Origin: a virus
Taxonomy: Duplodnaviria > Caudoviricetes
IMG/VR virus record: IMGVR_UViG_3300009095_000018
Location: 1 to 51,753 of that record
Reading direction: 5' to 3' (one strand)
DNA length: 51,753 nucleotides
The stretch's first letter is position 1, and each line of letters begins with the position of its first letter. Both the position numbers and the translations under genes were made by a program. Below are positions 9,047-18,747 of this stretch, piece after piece. The notes beneath the pieces are model-generated. The model did not search any database. It was not told the DNA's origin and saw nothing but the letters and a program-made list of their open reading frames with translations.

Positions 9047-9259
9047 TCAGGCGACCTTGTCGAGTCGGTGGGCGCCGGTGGCGGGCTTCCGGAGGGCCAG
9101 CCGGACGTAGTTGTGACGCGCGATGGCCAGGGTCAGGTTGGCCTCCTTGCGCTTCTGCTCCGCCCGGTACTCGGCGAGCATCTGGGTCCCGTTGTCGATG
9201 CACCACGCCGCCGCGACGATGAGGAGCCACATCATCAGGACGAAGGTCAGTATGTTCAC
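9047..9259 (-). CDS. small membrane protein (70 aa)
   Basis: N-terminal hydrophobic helix; GTGA overlap. Confidence 0.65.
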   Translation of the reverse strand: MNILTFVLMMWLLIVAAAWCIDNGTQMLAEYRAEQKRKEANLTLAIARHNYVRLALRKPATGAHRLDKVA

Positions 9260-9360
9260 TTGGTCTCTCCCTCTCGGATCTTGGATATGGCGATGCCGAC
9301 GGTGACCCCGACGAGCGCCATGACGAACCCCGTTGCGACTCCCACTGCGAAAGCGATCAT
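9256..9360 (-). CDS. 34-aa membrane peptide [34 protein letters not shown] (not in ORF track)
   Basis: ATGA overlap with the upstream gene and GTGA overlap with the downstream gene; fills the gap exactly. Confidence 0.6.
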   Translation of the reverse strand: MIAFAVGVATGFVMALVGVTVGIAISKIREGETK

Positions 9361-10325
9361 CGGGTCAGCGCCCTCTGGTCGTCGTCGAACGCCCACCCGG
9401 TGTCCGAGACGACCTCGGCGCCGAAGGAGTCGTCCGGGGCCTCCAGCGCGAGCTGGGGCATCCCGTTCTCGATCGGGATGTGCGCGTACTTCTTGTCGAG
9501 GTCGTCCTCGTGGAGGATGGCGAACATCGACTTCAGGTAGGCGCTGACGCCCTTCTTGCCACCGATGTCGTAGTTGTAGGGGCTGATCTTGAGGTCGATG
9601 TTGTCGAACTCGCCCCAGTCCAGCATCTCGAGGAGCTCCTCGTCGAGCTGGGTGCGACTGTTGGTCGACATGGTGACCAGGAAGATCCGGGGCGGACGCG
9701 GGCCGTCGAACTTGACGTTGACCTTGAGGTGGTAGAACGGGGCCTCACCCTCCTCGCGCGGCGGCTTTACCTTGACATTCCACCCGGCGGCCAGCATGGC
9801 CTCTCCCTGCATCGGGTCGAGAACCACGTGGAAGTTGCGGTAACCCTTCGCATTGTACATCTGTTCCTTACCGGCGAAGTTCCGGTAAATGACGCGGACA
9901 CCCTCGAGGGTGATCTCCTCGTCGACCCTTCGAACCAGTTGGCTCATGGTGGTGTTGCTCCTAAATATCTGGGTGTTGATACCGGCCTTCTCGGCCAGTT
10001 CACTGCAGTGTGTTGCACCGTTCGATTCGTTGTGAATGAACGCAAGGCAACGGTCCGCGCCGAGCTTTACCATCTCCGCATTCCGAGCGAAGCCAGCACC
10101 TCTCTTGCGAGGACCGTTCCAGTCGGCCGGGTGGTCTTCCACCTCGACCGAATATCCCATCCGGTTCATCTCGTCGGCCCACTCCTGAGCCATCGCATCT
10201 GCACCGGTGGGGCAAGCGCCGTGCACCAGGACGAACGGAACGCCGTCTTCATAAAGCAGGCTCAAGGCCTCGAAGACCGCTGAAATATCCGGCCAGTCCC
10301 TACTTCCCGTTACCAGGACTCGCAT
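9357..10325 (-). CDS. SLOG (DUF2493/YspA-like) domain fused to a putative ssDNA-binding protein
   Basis: [28 protein letters not shown] (SLOG); C-terminal half IYRNFAG...RNFHVVLD...VSAYLKSM with an acidic tail (SSB-like). Confidence 0.65.
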   Translation of the reverse strand: MRVLVTGSRDWPDISAVFEALSLLYEDGVPFVLVHGACPTGADAMAQEWADEMNRMGYSVEVEDHPADWNGPRKRGAGFARNAEMVKLGADRCLAFIHNESNGATHCSELAEKAGINTQIFRSNTTMSQLVRRVDEEITLEGVRVIYRNFAGKEQMYNAKGYRNFHVVLDPMQGEAMLAAGWNVKVKPPREEGEAPFYHLKVNVKFDGPRPPRIFLVTMSTNSRTQLDEELLEMLDWGEFDNIDLKISPYNYDIGGKKGVSAYLKSMFAILHEDDLDKKYAHIPIENGMPQLALEAPDDSFGAEVVSDTGWAFDDDQRALTR

Positions 10326-10539
10326 CGGGTTCCTCGTAAAGCGAGATGGCCCCCAGCGAAAAGCCCCGGCTGAGAATATCGGCCGTCTTCCCGTGGAGGT
10401 TCATGTGGACGATCTGGTCTCCGCTGGGGAGCTCCTCCACTATGCCCGTGCCTACGACCTGCCCCTCCTCTTCGGTGCCCTCGAGCCGGTTGATGATCGG
10501 GATCTCGCCGACGATCTTGGTTCTGCGCAGTGCGGCCAT
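10300..10539 (-). CDS. hypothetical protein (79 aa)
   Basis: GAGGGGG RBS; fits operon. Confidence 0.6.
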   Translation of the reverse strand: MAALRRTKIVGEIPIINRLEGTEEEGQVVGTGIVEELPSGDQIVHMNLHGKTADILSRGFSLGAISLYEEPDASPGNGK

Positions 10540-10558
10540 AGTGGAATATCCCCCTCGG

Positions 10559-10993
10559 TCAGATTCGGACTACGGTGTTCTTGATTTTCTGGTACTCGTC
10601 AATATATGCCTCGCGACGGTCACCGTTGTAGGTGATCTCGTAGTACTTACCATCTGGGCGATCGGTGGCGACAAGCGCCTTCCAATGCTGCAAGACCTTG
10701 ACGAACCAGACAACATAGACCTCGAAGACGGGCTTCTCGAACTCCGTTGAGTAGTGCGAGTCCACGTAGTCGATCAGCAGCCGCTTTGCCTGCGCCACAA
10801 AGTCCTCAGGGACGTTCATGGATATGCCCGTCTCCTTCGGGGTCACCGAGAAGTTGTAGAGGTCATGGAACTCCTTGACCTCTATGCGGCATCTCGGGCA
10901 GTGAGTTGTACCACCACACCGAGTGGCGTCCGGCTTGGGGCCCTTCTCCGCTGGAGAGCCGGGGATGGCGTGTCCATGACTCGTGTAAGCCAT
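10559..10993 (-). CDS. N-terminal Cys/His knuckle plus DUF6275-like domain protein (144 aa from MAYTSHGH)
   Basis: TSHGH..CGG..HCPRC; VYVVWFVKVLQHWKALVAT..DGKYYEITYNGD...YIDEY; TAATG coupling. Confidence 0.65.
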   Translation of the reverse strand: MAYTSHGHAIPGSPAEKGPKPDATRCGGTTHCPRCRIEVKEFHDLYNFSVTPKETGISMNVPEDFVAQAKRLLIDYVDSHYSTEFEKPVFEVYVVWFVKVLQHWKALVATDRPDGKYYEITYNGDRREAYIDEYQKIKNTVVRI

Positions 10994-11187
10994 TAGCGTT
11001 TCTCCTTCTTCTTGGACCGCCACTCGGCGACCCAGTCTGGAACGTGCTTGGGGCACCAGGCTTCACCATTTCGCTGGAGGAACCAGCCGTTCTCATGAGC
11101 GTCGTGGGAGCCGTGAATATGGTCGCGGAACGAGCTCGGACACTTCTTAATGGAGCAGAAGTGGTGACCCCCTACGCGACATGGCAT
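10993..11187 (-). CDS. small Cys/His-rich protein (64 aa)
   Basis: CSIKKC...GW....WCPKH Zn-finger-like pattern; TGATG coupling. Confidence 0.6.
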   Translation of the reverse strand: MPCRVGGHHFCSIKKCPSSFRDHIHGSHDAHENGWFLQRNGEAWCPKHVPDWVAEWRSKKKEKR

Positions 11188-11360
11188 CAGTCGTGAACTT
11201 CCACGAACTCGATACCGGAATCCCGTAGCTCGTCGATAAGCTCTTCGGCCTCGCTCTGCGGCATGTTGAACAGATCGTCGAGGATAGCCCGAACCCGGTG
11301 AAGTAGATCCAGATATGCCGCTTGGTTCTCCTCACCCGAATCGAACACGTTCCTACCCAT
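11187..11360 (-). CDS. hypothetical protein MGRNVFDSGEENQ... (57 aa, not in ORF track)
   Basis: Coupled by TAATG and TGATG overlaps on both sides. Confidence 0.6.
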   Translation of the reverse strand: MGRNVFDSGEENQAAYLDLLHRVRAILDDLFNMPQSEAEELIDELRDSGIEFVEVHD

Positions 11361-11521
11361 TAGTCATCCCCTCCCAACGTTCCGTTAGTTCTCAATATGG
11401 ATATGTATCTGCTGCAGGCGACCGGATCAATGACCGGCCATACTTCGTTGTACCACCACTCGGCGAAGGAATATGGATCGAACTCCTCCGCCGAGTTAGT
11501 GGTGTGTTCTTCGCTGGCCAT
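11360..11521 (-). CDS. hypothetical protein MASEEHTTNS... (53 aa, not in ORF track)
   Basis: ATG immediately follows the polymerase stop; its stop overlaps the next ATG. Confidence 0.55.
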   Translation of the reverse strand: MASEEHTTNSAEEFDPYSFAEWWYNEVWPVIDPVACSRYISILRTNGTLGGDD

Positions 11522-14500
11522 CTATCTGATCTGGCAGAACTCGTCGGCATTGCCGTGTTCGGCGATGGACTGATAGGCGTTCTCGAGGAGCTGGGTGTAG
11601 TACGCCAAGTCCACAATATCGGCGATGGAACCCGTTCCCTGGACGGCGTCCGTCAGGTTCTCGAATACCATGCGGTCTACCGCCTCTGGGTAGAGCAGCC
11701 TTACGTGTTCCGCCTCCAGCCACTGATATCCCTTGGTCCCACTGACGGCGAACTCGCGGTCATCCTTGATCCGGAGGAGTTGACCGCCCTTGACAATATC
11801 CTGGTCGGGATTGATCGGGACGAACAGGCCAGAGCGTCCGACATGCGTGTCACCAATATCCTCCCCAACGACCGTGTCGTCCAGATCAACGCCGATCGCC
11901 TTCGAGCCCTCCGGGAAGCGGAGGTACATAGCCCCCTCCTTGACCTGCTTGGTCTCGCACAGATCAGGGAAGTTGAGAGGCTCCTTGGAGAACAGCGACT
12001 TGAAGACGACCGGGTGCTTGAACTCTGCGCCAGTGGCCGACCAGTAACCCGACTTGTCGCCGTCAGCCCAACCGACGTAGGCGATGTACACGGCATCGTT
12101 CACAAGGCACATCTTGGAATATGTCGCCTCATGCTTGAACTCGTAGCCGTACTTGGCTCCGAACTCCTTGACGAACTCGATGATCTCCGGAGTGGCATTC
12201 GGGATCTTCACCGAGTCGGTCTTGATGTGGACGACCTGAGCACCAATCTCCTGCAGAGCGTTCTTCAGGTCAATCATGAAGAGAGCGCCCCGCTTGGCGA
12301 CGATGTTGTCCTTGTTGCGCTTGTCGCGGAACGGGTTGTCGAAGGTTGCTGAGGTGTAGCCGTAGATCGAGTTGATCACCAGCTTCAGCGCCTTCTCCAG
12401 AGTCTTGTAGGCCTTCTTGCGCTCCTTCTCGTCAGCGATGGCCTCGATCTCCTGAATATGCGGAGCAAGCTTGCCCATCAGGAGACTCTTGGCATAGTCG
12501 ATGTCCCCCTCCTTGATGGAGAGGCGAGCCTCCTTGATGGCCGAGAACTTGGCGGTGTAAGGACCGAACAGATTGAGCTGCTCGATCGAAGTGGGGTGCA
12601 TCGAGGCGACGTCCAATAGCGCGACGTTCTCGTACATCCCCGGCTCCGCGTAGACGTAGCCACCCTCGCCTACAACCTCGCCACGATAGGTGCTCTTGTC
12701 GACCTTGGCGTATTGATCGAACTTGTATCCCGGAAACATCTCAGACAGATCGGTGTAGACGAACGATTGCTGGGGATTTCGCTCGTTCCCGAACATGATC
12801 TTGATGGAATGCTGCCGAGTCGAGTGATTGACCGTGAGGCCGCTGAGGTCTGCAAGGATCTCTCGGGCGATGAAGTCCGAGTGGGTGTGGTTAAAGACCC
12901 CCTCAAGAGCCTCTACGTCGTTGACGCAGTACTCGACGACCTTGAGGATCTTATCCTTGGGAACCGGCTGATCCCAGGGAATATCCATCTCCATGTGCTT
13001 CAGGCCGAGCTCGATCTCCCACTTCTTCAGCGACTTCTTGTCCGCCGAGTAGTCGTACACGTCGGCGTAGGAAATGTTCCAGGCCGAGGCGAAGCGGGCG
13101 CTGTCCAGCTTATTGACGATGATGTTCTGAGAGAGCTGGTAGAGCTCCTCATTGCTCATCCCGAGGGCCCGACCCCACAGGATATGGTTGTCGTAGCCCC
13201 TGTTGTTGAACCCGACGAGCTTGAAGTTCTTGATCAGTTCCTCGATCTCGGACGGCGTCGGATCGACCATACGCACGGTCGTCGAAGAGCCGTGGTACTT
13301 CCAGCACACCACGAACAGGTTCGGGTAGACCTCGCAGTCGAAGAAAACGATCTTACCCTTGTCAGGCTCGTCCGCCTTCAGGACCTCGACACTGTCCTCG
13401 GGGGTCTCGTCGGACTGGAAGTCCATGCGGAAGACCGTTTTGAGACAAATATCCTTCTGATTGCTACTGTTGTTGGCGAATGCCATGATGTCCGACCGCA
13501 TGTCGGTCAGGTCGTAGATGACGCCCCGCCGCTTGGCCTCGCGGAGGATATGGGCCGCGAAGTCGACGTTCTGCTTGGTGCTGCCGAACTCCTTCCTCAG
13601 GCATCGGATGATCATGTTCCGGAGACCCTGCTCGGTCTTGATGGTATTGTCAGTCAGCATCTGCTTCTTCTCCCTGAGCGGAAGACCACCGGTAAGGGTG
13701 GCAACCGCGACGTCGTTGCATTTGGTCAGCTTTCGTCGGAGCGAGGTGTTCCCCGAGTACACCTTGATCTCGATGCCCGGTGCGTAATCCCGAGCGAGTT
13801 CGCTGACGTCCCCGTCGTAAATATAGTGAAGGTGGACACCATTTCCGCTCTTGCTGATCTCAGCATAGGTTCGCGGCCACTGACTTGCCGCCTCCATGTT
13901 CTTCTGAAGCGACTTGGTCTTGCCGTCATCCTCGGTCAGGTCGAAGTCGATGACGATGTGGTATTCGGGGACCTTCAGGAAATGGAGCTTGGAGGTGTCG
14001 AGGTCTCCGAGTACCGTAGCGACGACCTGTTCGGGCTTGGGTTTGAAGGTTACGCCCTTCTTGTTGACCCGCTCCGAGTCGTCCCAGTAGAGCTTCGGGT
14101 TACCCGCCGCGTTGGCGTACTGGGCAAGATATCCCGCGTACATCTCGTCGAGGATAGACGTGGTCTCCTCCAGTGCCAGAGTGAAGGTGCTCGGATCGGC
14201 CTCGGCCTGGGTGCGGTACTTCTTCGCCTTGAACCCCTTGTAGACGCTTCGGACGTTCCCGCCGTCGAAATATGCCCGGTCGTGGAACTCCTCGAAGTAG
14301 TCCTTCAACTGCTCCTTGAATTGATATTTCTTCATGGACCAGCCGAGTTTGGCGTCCTCCGCCCAGATCTTGTACAGCTCCCAGGCCTGGGTGTAGGTGG
14401 TCCCGTCCTTGCCCTTGAAAATATCGAAGTGGTCATCGACGAAGTTGGCGAACGGGTCCGTGTTGAGGATCATGCGCTCTGGGCGGTAGTTGTTGTACGC

Positions 14501-15523
14501 GCTGCGACCACCCTTCGCCTTGTAGACCTCCAGGCAGTGATGCGCGATAGCACCCAGTTCGAAATCGATCCGCGCCATGAGGTTCTGGTAGTGATCGAAG
14601 TCGAACGTGATGCCTGTCGGGTTCACGTCAATAAGACGCCGGATCATACCCGACTTGGAGTCACTGATTTTGACAGGCTTGTTCGTACCCATGTACAGGA
14701 ACGTGTTGAGCACCAACTCGTAGCTGGTCTTGTGCTTCTCGTTAATCACGATCTTCTCGTGACTCACGATGGAGTTGAGGATGCTGTTGTCCTCGATCTT
14801 CGACAGGTCACCGTCGTGCTGGATGGCGACCAGGGGGTTCTCCCTGAACATCGAAGTTGCGAATGCGTTGTTACCGCCAACCAGGTCCTTGGCGACGAAC
14901 GCCTTGGTGTAGCCCTGGAAGAGCTTCCCGATGATCTTCATGATCGTGGACTTGCCAGTGCCGCCCTCGCCGTAGAAGACGACGAATTTCTCGATCTTCT
15001 TGGAGTCCCCTGAGACGATGGCGCCGATGGACCACTCGATCTTGTCGCGTTCCTCGGGTGAATATAGCGTACCCACGAGTTCGTCCCAGGCGCTGTGGTC
15101 ACCTGGGGCGAGATTGTACGGAAGCCGCTTGCTGGCGTAGTCCTTCTTCTTGACTTCCGTATTTAGGAACGTCAGCTTGGCGTCGAGCTGCTCGGAGCAG
15201 TCACTGGCGTTCTTGAGGTACTGCTTGTACTGCGTCCAGGATCTCGAGCTGTGGGAGCGGAGGAGCTTCACTTTGCACGGAGTACCGGCTTCTTTGAGCT
15301 TGTTCGCATAGGCCAGCAGGGCCTCGTCAACCATGTCCTTGACGTCGTACTCGACGGTCGACCAAAGGCCCTTCTTCTCATTCCACACTGCGTAGAACGC
15401 CTGACCGCGGATCATGAGATCCTGGGAATTCCCGACGATGAAGTCGGGGTAGATCTCTACCGGCTCATCCTCCTTTCGTGGAGGCTTCGTGCAGACCTGA
15501 AAGAAATCCGACTTCGATTCCAC
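11522..15523 (-). CDS. helicase-primase-DNA polymerase fusion (SF3-like helicase + AEP-like primase + 3'-5' exonuclease + family B-like polymerase)
   Basis: GEGGTGKST Walker A; VIDFD..EISKSGNGVHLHY (prim-pol); FFDCEV, GFNNRGYD, YCVNDV (Exo I-III); DVASMHP, KLVINSIYG, KTDS (PolB motifs A/B/C). Confidence 0.85.
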   Translation of the reverse strand: MESKSDFFQVCTKPPRKEDEPVEIYPDFIVGNSQDLMIRGQAFYAVWNEKKGLWSTVEYDVKDMVDEALLAYANKLKEAGTPCKVKLLRSHSSRSWTQYKQYLKNASDCSEQLDAKLTFLNTEVKKKDYASKRLPYNLAPGDHSAWDELVGTLYSPEERDKIEWSIGAIVSGDSKKIEKFVVFYGEGGTGKSTIMKIIGKLFQGYTKAFVAKDLVGGNNAFATSMFRENPLVAIQHDGDLSKIEDNSILNSIVSHEKIVINEKHKTSYELVLNTFLYMGTNKPVKISDSKSGMIRRLIDVNPTGITFDFDHYQNLMARIDFELGAIAHHCLEVYKAKGGRSAYNNYRPERMILNTDPFANFVDDHFDIFKGKDGTTYTQAWELYKIWAEDAKLGWSMKKYQFKEQLKDYFEEFHDRAYFDGGNVRSVYKGFKAKKYRTQAEADPSTFTLALEETTSILDEMYAGYLAQYANAAGNPKLYWDDSERVNKKGVTFKPKPEQVVATVLGDLDTSKLHFLKVPEYHIVIDFDLTEDDGKTKSLQKNMEAASQWPRTYAEISKSGNGVHLHYIYDGDVSELARDYAPGIEIKVYSGNTSLRRKLTKCNDVAVATLTGGLPLREKKQMLTDNTIKTEQGLRNMIIRCLRKEFGSTKQNVDFAAHILREAKRRGVIYDLTDMRSDIMAFANNSSNQKDICLKTVFRMDFQSDETPEDSVEVLKADEPDKGKIVFFDCEVYPNLFVVCWKYHGSSTTVRMVDPTPSEIEELIKNFKLVGFNNRGYDNHILWGRALGMSNEELYQLSQNIIVNKLDSARFASAWNISYADVYDYSADKKSLKKWEIELGLKHMEMDIPWDQPVPKDKILKVVEYCVNDVEALEGVFNHTHSDFIAREILADLSGLTVNHSTRQHSIKIMFGNERNPQQSFVYTDLSEMFPGYKFDQYAKVDKSTYRGEVVGEGGYVYAEPGMYENVALLDVASMHPTSIEQLNLFGPYTAKFSAIKEARLSIKEGDIDYAKSLLMGKLAPHIQEIEAIADEKERKKAYKTLEKALKLVINSIYGYTSATFDNPFRDKRNKDNIVAKRGALFMIDLKNALQEIGAQVVHIKTDSVKIPNATPEIIEFVKEFGAKYGYEFKHEATYSKMCLVNDAVYIAYVGWADGDKSGYWSATGAEFKHPVVFKSLFSKEPLNFPDLCETKQVKEGAMYLRFPEGSKAIGVDLDDTVVGEDIGDTHVGRSGLFVPINPDQDIVKGGQLLRIKDDREFAVSGTKGYQWLEAEHVRLLYPEAVDRMVFENLTDAVQGTGSIADIVDLAYYTQLLENAYQSIAEHGNADEFCQIR

Positions 15524-15534
15524 CTATCCTCCTT

Positions 15535-16074
15535 TCACTCGGCTCGCTCCCGCTCCAAAACGTACGCGCTGAGCTGATCCCAGAGCTCGACCTCTCGCTG
15601 GTCCGTACGTGGGTGTCGCAGGGGGAAGAATCCGCCTTCCCCGGCCGGGCTGTAGTTCCGAAATATAACGTCCTCAAGGACGTTGTCGATATGAGTTCTT
15701 GCCAGTCGCCGACGATCGTGATATCCGTCAAGCCCAATGTTGCTCACGAGCTCCCAGAACCAGTAATGGACCGTACCATCAGCGTCGAACTCCAGACGCT
15801 CGGCAAGTCCAATCATCAGTTCCAGGAACGAGCACCCCATGCCCATCCAGTCAGGGTCCACGTCAACGGGAAGACCCTCTTCCTCCAGGAAACGGAGTCG
15901 GAGAGCCTTCCCGTCTTCGGCGCGGTTTTCGTCGAGGGGTACAACCCAGACGAATTCCTTCTCGAACAGCACTTTGAGGAATCGCCAATATGTCAGCGAT
16001 CCATCAGGAATGCTCGGATCGGCGACCTGCTTGTAGAGCCACTTGAAATATGACTCATCAAGCTGGACGCTCAT
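15535..16074 (-). CDS. conserved phage hypothetical protein (179 aa)
   Basis: YFKWL..., DENRAEDG..LR, CSFLELMIGLA, GGFFPL...DQR..ELW.Q pattern. Confidence 0.8.
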   Translation of the reverse strand: MSVQLDESYFKWLYKQVADPSIPDGSLTYWRFLKVLFEKEFVWVVPLDENRAEDGKALRLRFLEEEGLPVDVDPDWMGMGCSFLELMIGLAERLEFDADGTVHYWFWELVSNIGLDGYHDRRRLARTHIDNVLEDVIFRNYSPAGEGGFFPLRHPRTDQREVELWDQLSAYVLERERAE

Positions 16075-16081
16075 GCCGGTG

Positions 16082-16726
16082 TCACCCCTTCACGTTGTCG
16101 TAGCTACCCGAGTCCCAGACGATCTCGAAGTCCATCCGGTACCGGTCGTTCCGGACGTAGATGGTCGGCCGCTTCTCGTTGAGCTGCTCGAGGTTGTAAT
16201 CTCCGATGTGCTTGTTGACGGTCTCAGGCGTCATCCGCTCGTCGCTCTCGTCGGCCACGACCCCGTCGGCGAAATATGTCACTGTCGCCTGCTGGTAGTC
16301 GTCCTCGTTCGCGTCGAACATCATAAAGTTGATGAGGCGCGGACCCGGAGCGTTCGGGTTGGTGGCGGCGTCGACCTGCTCCGCCTCCTCGGCTTCCTCA
16401 ACGGCTTCGCCCATCTGGGCCTTGACCATCTCCTGGGCGAGCACGGAGGGAACCGAGGAAATACCCCGGTAGTTCGTCAAGGCCTCAGCGGCATCCGGCG
16501 ACATGGTGACGTCCAGCGAGAGCTCCTCATCCGTCTCCACGGCCTCCTGAACCTCGTGGGCCTGGAGGGTGAGCCGGAGCTTCGTCTCGTACTTCTCCTT
16601 GAAGAAATACTGCGCGTCCTCGGCTTCCTTGCGGAGCCGCTGCTCGTAGTATTCCTGGAGCTGGGTCTTGGCGACGTAATATCCCGCCGCCGCACCGAGA
16701 GCCGCCCACAGCAGCTTGGTGAACAT
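16082..16726 (-). CDS. hypothetical protein with N-terminal membrane anchor (214 aa from MFTKLLW)
   Basis: GGGGGAG RBS; coiled/acidic middle; IYVRND..DFEI C-terminus. Confidence 0.75.
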   Translation of the reverse strand: MFTKLLWAALGAAAGYYVAKTQLQEYYEQRLRKEAEDAQYFFKEKYETKLRLTLQAHEVQEAVETDEELSLDVTMSPDAAEALTNYRGISSVPSVLAQEMVKAQMGEAVEEAEEAEQVDAATNPNAPGPRLINFMMFDANEDDYQQATVTYFADGVVADESDERMTPETVNKHIGDYNLEQLNEKRPTIYVRNDRYRMDFEIVWDSGSYDNVKG

Positions 16727-16749
16727 TTCGATCACTCCCCCTTGAGTCC

Positions 16750-17679
16750 TCAGAACTTCTTCATGAGGCTGGTGATGTCGCCGTCTACGTTGAAGTCGAG
16801 CAGGATCGCATCCTTGTCTCCGTTGATCCACCGCTTGCCCTCGTACACGCCCTCGTTCCAGACGCCGAAGTCGATGTAGCCGTCGCCCCTACCATCCTCG
16901 GGGTTGACAACCCACCCGACAGACTGACCAGCGGCGGTGCGCTCGTAGCCGAGCATCTCGTAGACGTCGTTCAGGAAGACGAAGCCGTCGACGCGGAGCA
17001 GGGTGTTCGCGTGAGACTGGACGGAGGCGATGCGAGCCTGGTTCTGATGCGGGATATGCGACCAGTCCTCGTGGCTTGAATCGAAGATCCGGGCGTAGAT
17101 CGAACCCTTACCGATCTCCTCCTTGATGGCCTCCTGATCGAGACCCTTCAAGATTGTGGTGACCGGACCCGTCTCAGTCTCCTCAACGATCTCTCGCTCG
17201 GAGACGCCGAACCGATACTCGAGGTCCTTCTCAGAACCCTGATCGGCGATGACCCGATCGCGGTAGTCCCGGAAGGTCTTGGTGGCGATCCCCAGAGCGG
17301 CGGTGAGAGCGGTGTTTCGTCGCGTCAGGATGACATGAGCGCCAGTAATGGAGGCGAGGGTTCCGACGCCGAAGGCCACGGCCGGAGCGTAGAGCTTGGC
17401 GACCTTGATGGCCACCTGCAGCTTGACGCCGGTCTTCGCCTTCTTCTTCACTTCGTCCTTGGCGTCGACGTCAGTCTTCTCGTCAACCTTGCTGAGGAGC
17501 TCGTTGCCCTCCTCTAGAATATCGCTCAGCTTGAGCGTTGCGCGGCAGGCGAGTACGACGGTGGTGGTGAACCCGACGGCACCGAGGCCGAGCAGGAGGA
17601 CGGGCGAATGCGTCTTGACAGTCAGGGTCTGACGGGCCAGAGCGCCCTTGAGCTTGCTTGGGAGGTTCTTGATGCTCAT
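16750..17679 (-). CDS. DUF6353-like protein (paralog 1)
   Basis: HSPVLL..G..G....VLACRAT, KLYAPA, YRDRV, FLNDVY..LG, GW, YIDFG, LDFNVDG; family name from recall. Confidence 0.7.
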   Translation of the reverse strand: MSIKNLPSKLKGALARQTLTVKTHSPVLLLGLGAVGFTTTVVLACRATLKLSDILEEGNELLSKVDEKTDVDAKDEVKKKAKTGVKLQVAIKVAKLYAPAVAFGVGTLASITGAHVILTRRNTALTAALGIATKTFRDYRDRVIADQGSEKDLEYRFGVSEREIVEETETGPVTTILKGLDQEAIKEEIGKGSIYARIFDSSHEDWSHIPHQNQARIASVQSHANTLLRVDGFVFLNDVYEMLGYERTAAGQSVGWVVNPEDGRGDGYIDFGVWNEGVYEGKRWINGDKDAILLDFNVDGDITSLMKKF

Positions 17680-18137
17680 CGGTTGTTCCCCAGGGTGTTC
17701 TCGTAGGTGCGGATGCAGTGCTCAGCGATCGCGTCCAGTTCGTAGTCGATCAGTTCCATGAGCACGTAGTACTTGTTGACCGGCAAGCGCTCGCCGGTGG
17801 TCTGCAGGAGAATGTCGCCGGGAGGAAGCTCCTCCGGAAATCGATTCGTATCGGCGAATACGAAGGAGTTGAAGACCATCTCCTCGTTGACGTGACGACT
17901 TCCGCTGCGCCGGAAGGCGACCCTCGCAGTTCCGTCTCCAACGGCGGACATGGTGAGAAGTCGCTTGATAATGCGCATCAGCGTCGTCTTACCGCTGCCC
18001 TCGGGCCCGTAGAACAAGACATGCTTCGGGGGTCCCCCAGAGAGCATTGACCCGATCACAGTCTCGAACTTGATTCGGTCCTCGGGGGGCAGCAGTCGAT
18101 CTACCAGCTCGTTGTAGGCCCTGAGCGCCTGACTCAT
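17676..18137 (-). CDS. small P-loop NTPase, shortened paralog of the helicase domain of 11522..15523
   Basis: FYGPEGSGKTT; N- and C-terminal blocks align by eye with the fusion protein's helicase domain. Confidence 0.75.
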   Translation of the reverse strand: MSQALRAYNELVDRLLPPEDRIKFETVIGSMLSGGPPKHVLFYGPEGSGKTTLMRIIKRLLTMSAVGDGTARVAFRRSGSRHVNEEMVFNSFVFADTNRFPEELPPGDILLQTTGERLPVNKYYVLMELIDYELDAIAEHCIRTYENTLGNNR

Positions 18138-18358
18138 TATCGGTACCTCCGAGTCTGCGGCTCCTCGCCATAGAGTTCCTTTTCGACATCGCCCAGGATG
18201 CCGTCCGCGAAGTGAGCGACGATCGACGACACCCTCTCGAGGCTCTTATGGTAGATCCTCTGACGGGCGGACCCCGGAACAACCTTTGCGGCCGTTCGGA
18301 TCGCCGTCCTTCCGAACAAAGTGCCAAGAATGACACCCGTAACGAACTTCTTGGTCAT
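18137..18358 (-). CDS. hypothetical protein (73 aa)
   Basis: ATGA and TAATG coupling. Confidence 0.65.
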   Translation of the reverse strand: MTKKFVTGVILGTLFGRTAIRTAAKVVPGSARQRIYHKSLERVSSIVAHFADGILGDVEKELYGEEPQTRRYR

Positions 18359-18747
18359 GGCTTACCCTCCTTGATTTTGCGTATTCGACACGTTAGCGGA
18401 TCTTTGTGATTGTCGACATTGAAATATAGGCCTTTGAAGCTAACCTTGCCGCGAATCCAGTCCCGGCCCTCGGCGAATCCATGTGCCCATACCCCAAAGT
18501 CGACGTAACCGTCGCCGAATTCCGAGTCCCGAACCCATCCGAGCATATTGCCCCATCGATCCGGGGCAAAGCCGAGAAGGGACAGGACTTCGTTCAGCGA
18601 GATATACCCTCGAGACCTCAGAATATCGTTCGCCATGTCCTGGATCATCTGGACGAACATGGCGTTATTCTTGAGGTCCATGGAGTCCCAATTGGGGTTC
18701 AGATCATCGAACACTCTGGCGTGCCGAAAGGCACGGGACTTTTTCAA
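18355..18747 (-). CDS. DUF6353-like C-terminal domain protein (paralog 2)
   Basis: ARVFDD.N..W, GYISLNEV..LG, GWV..GDGYVDFGVW shared with 16750..17679. Confidence 0.7.
   Translation of the reverse strand: MKKSRAFRHARVFDDLNPNWDSMDLKNNAMFVQMIQDMANDILRSRGYISLNEVLSLLGFAPDRWGNMLGWVRDSEFGDGYVDFGVWAHGFAEGRDWIRGKVSFKGLYFNVDNHKDPLTCRIRKIKEGKP

Noticed and set aside
12713-15013. Long plus-strand ORFs (766 aa here; also 1962..3281, 41419..42747, 44788..45948 and others)
   Set aside because: Antisense shadows of GC3-rich minus-strand genes; no motifs, and typical V/L/D/E/G-rich mirror composition
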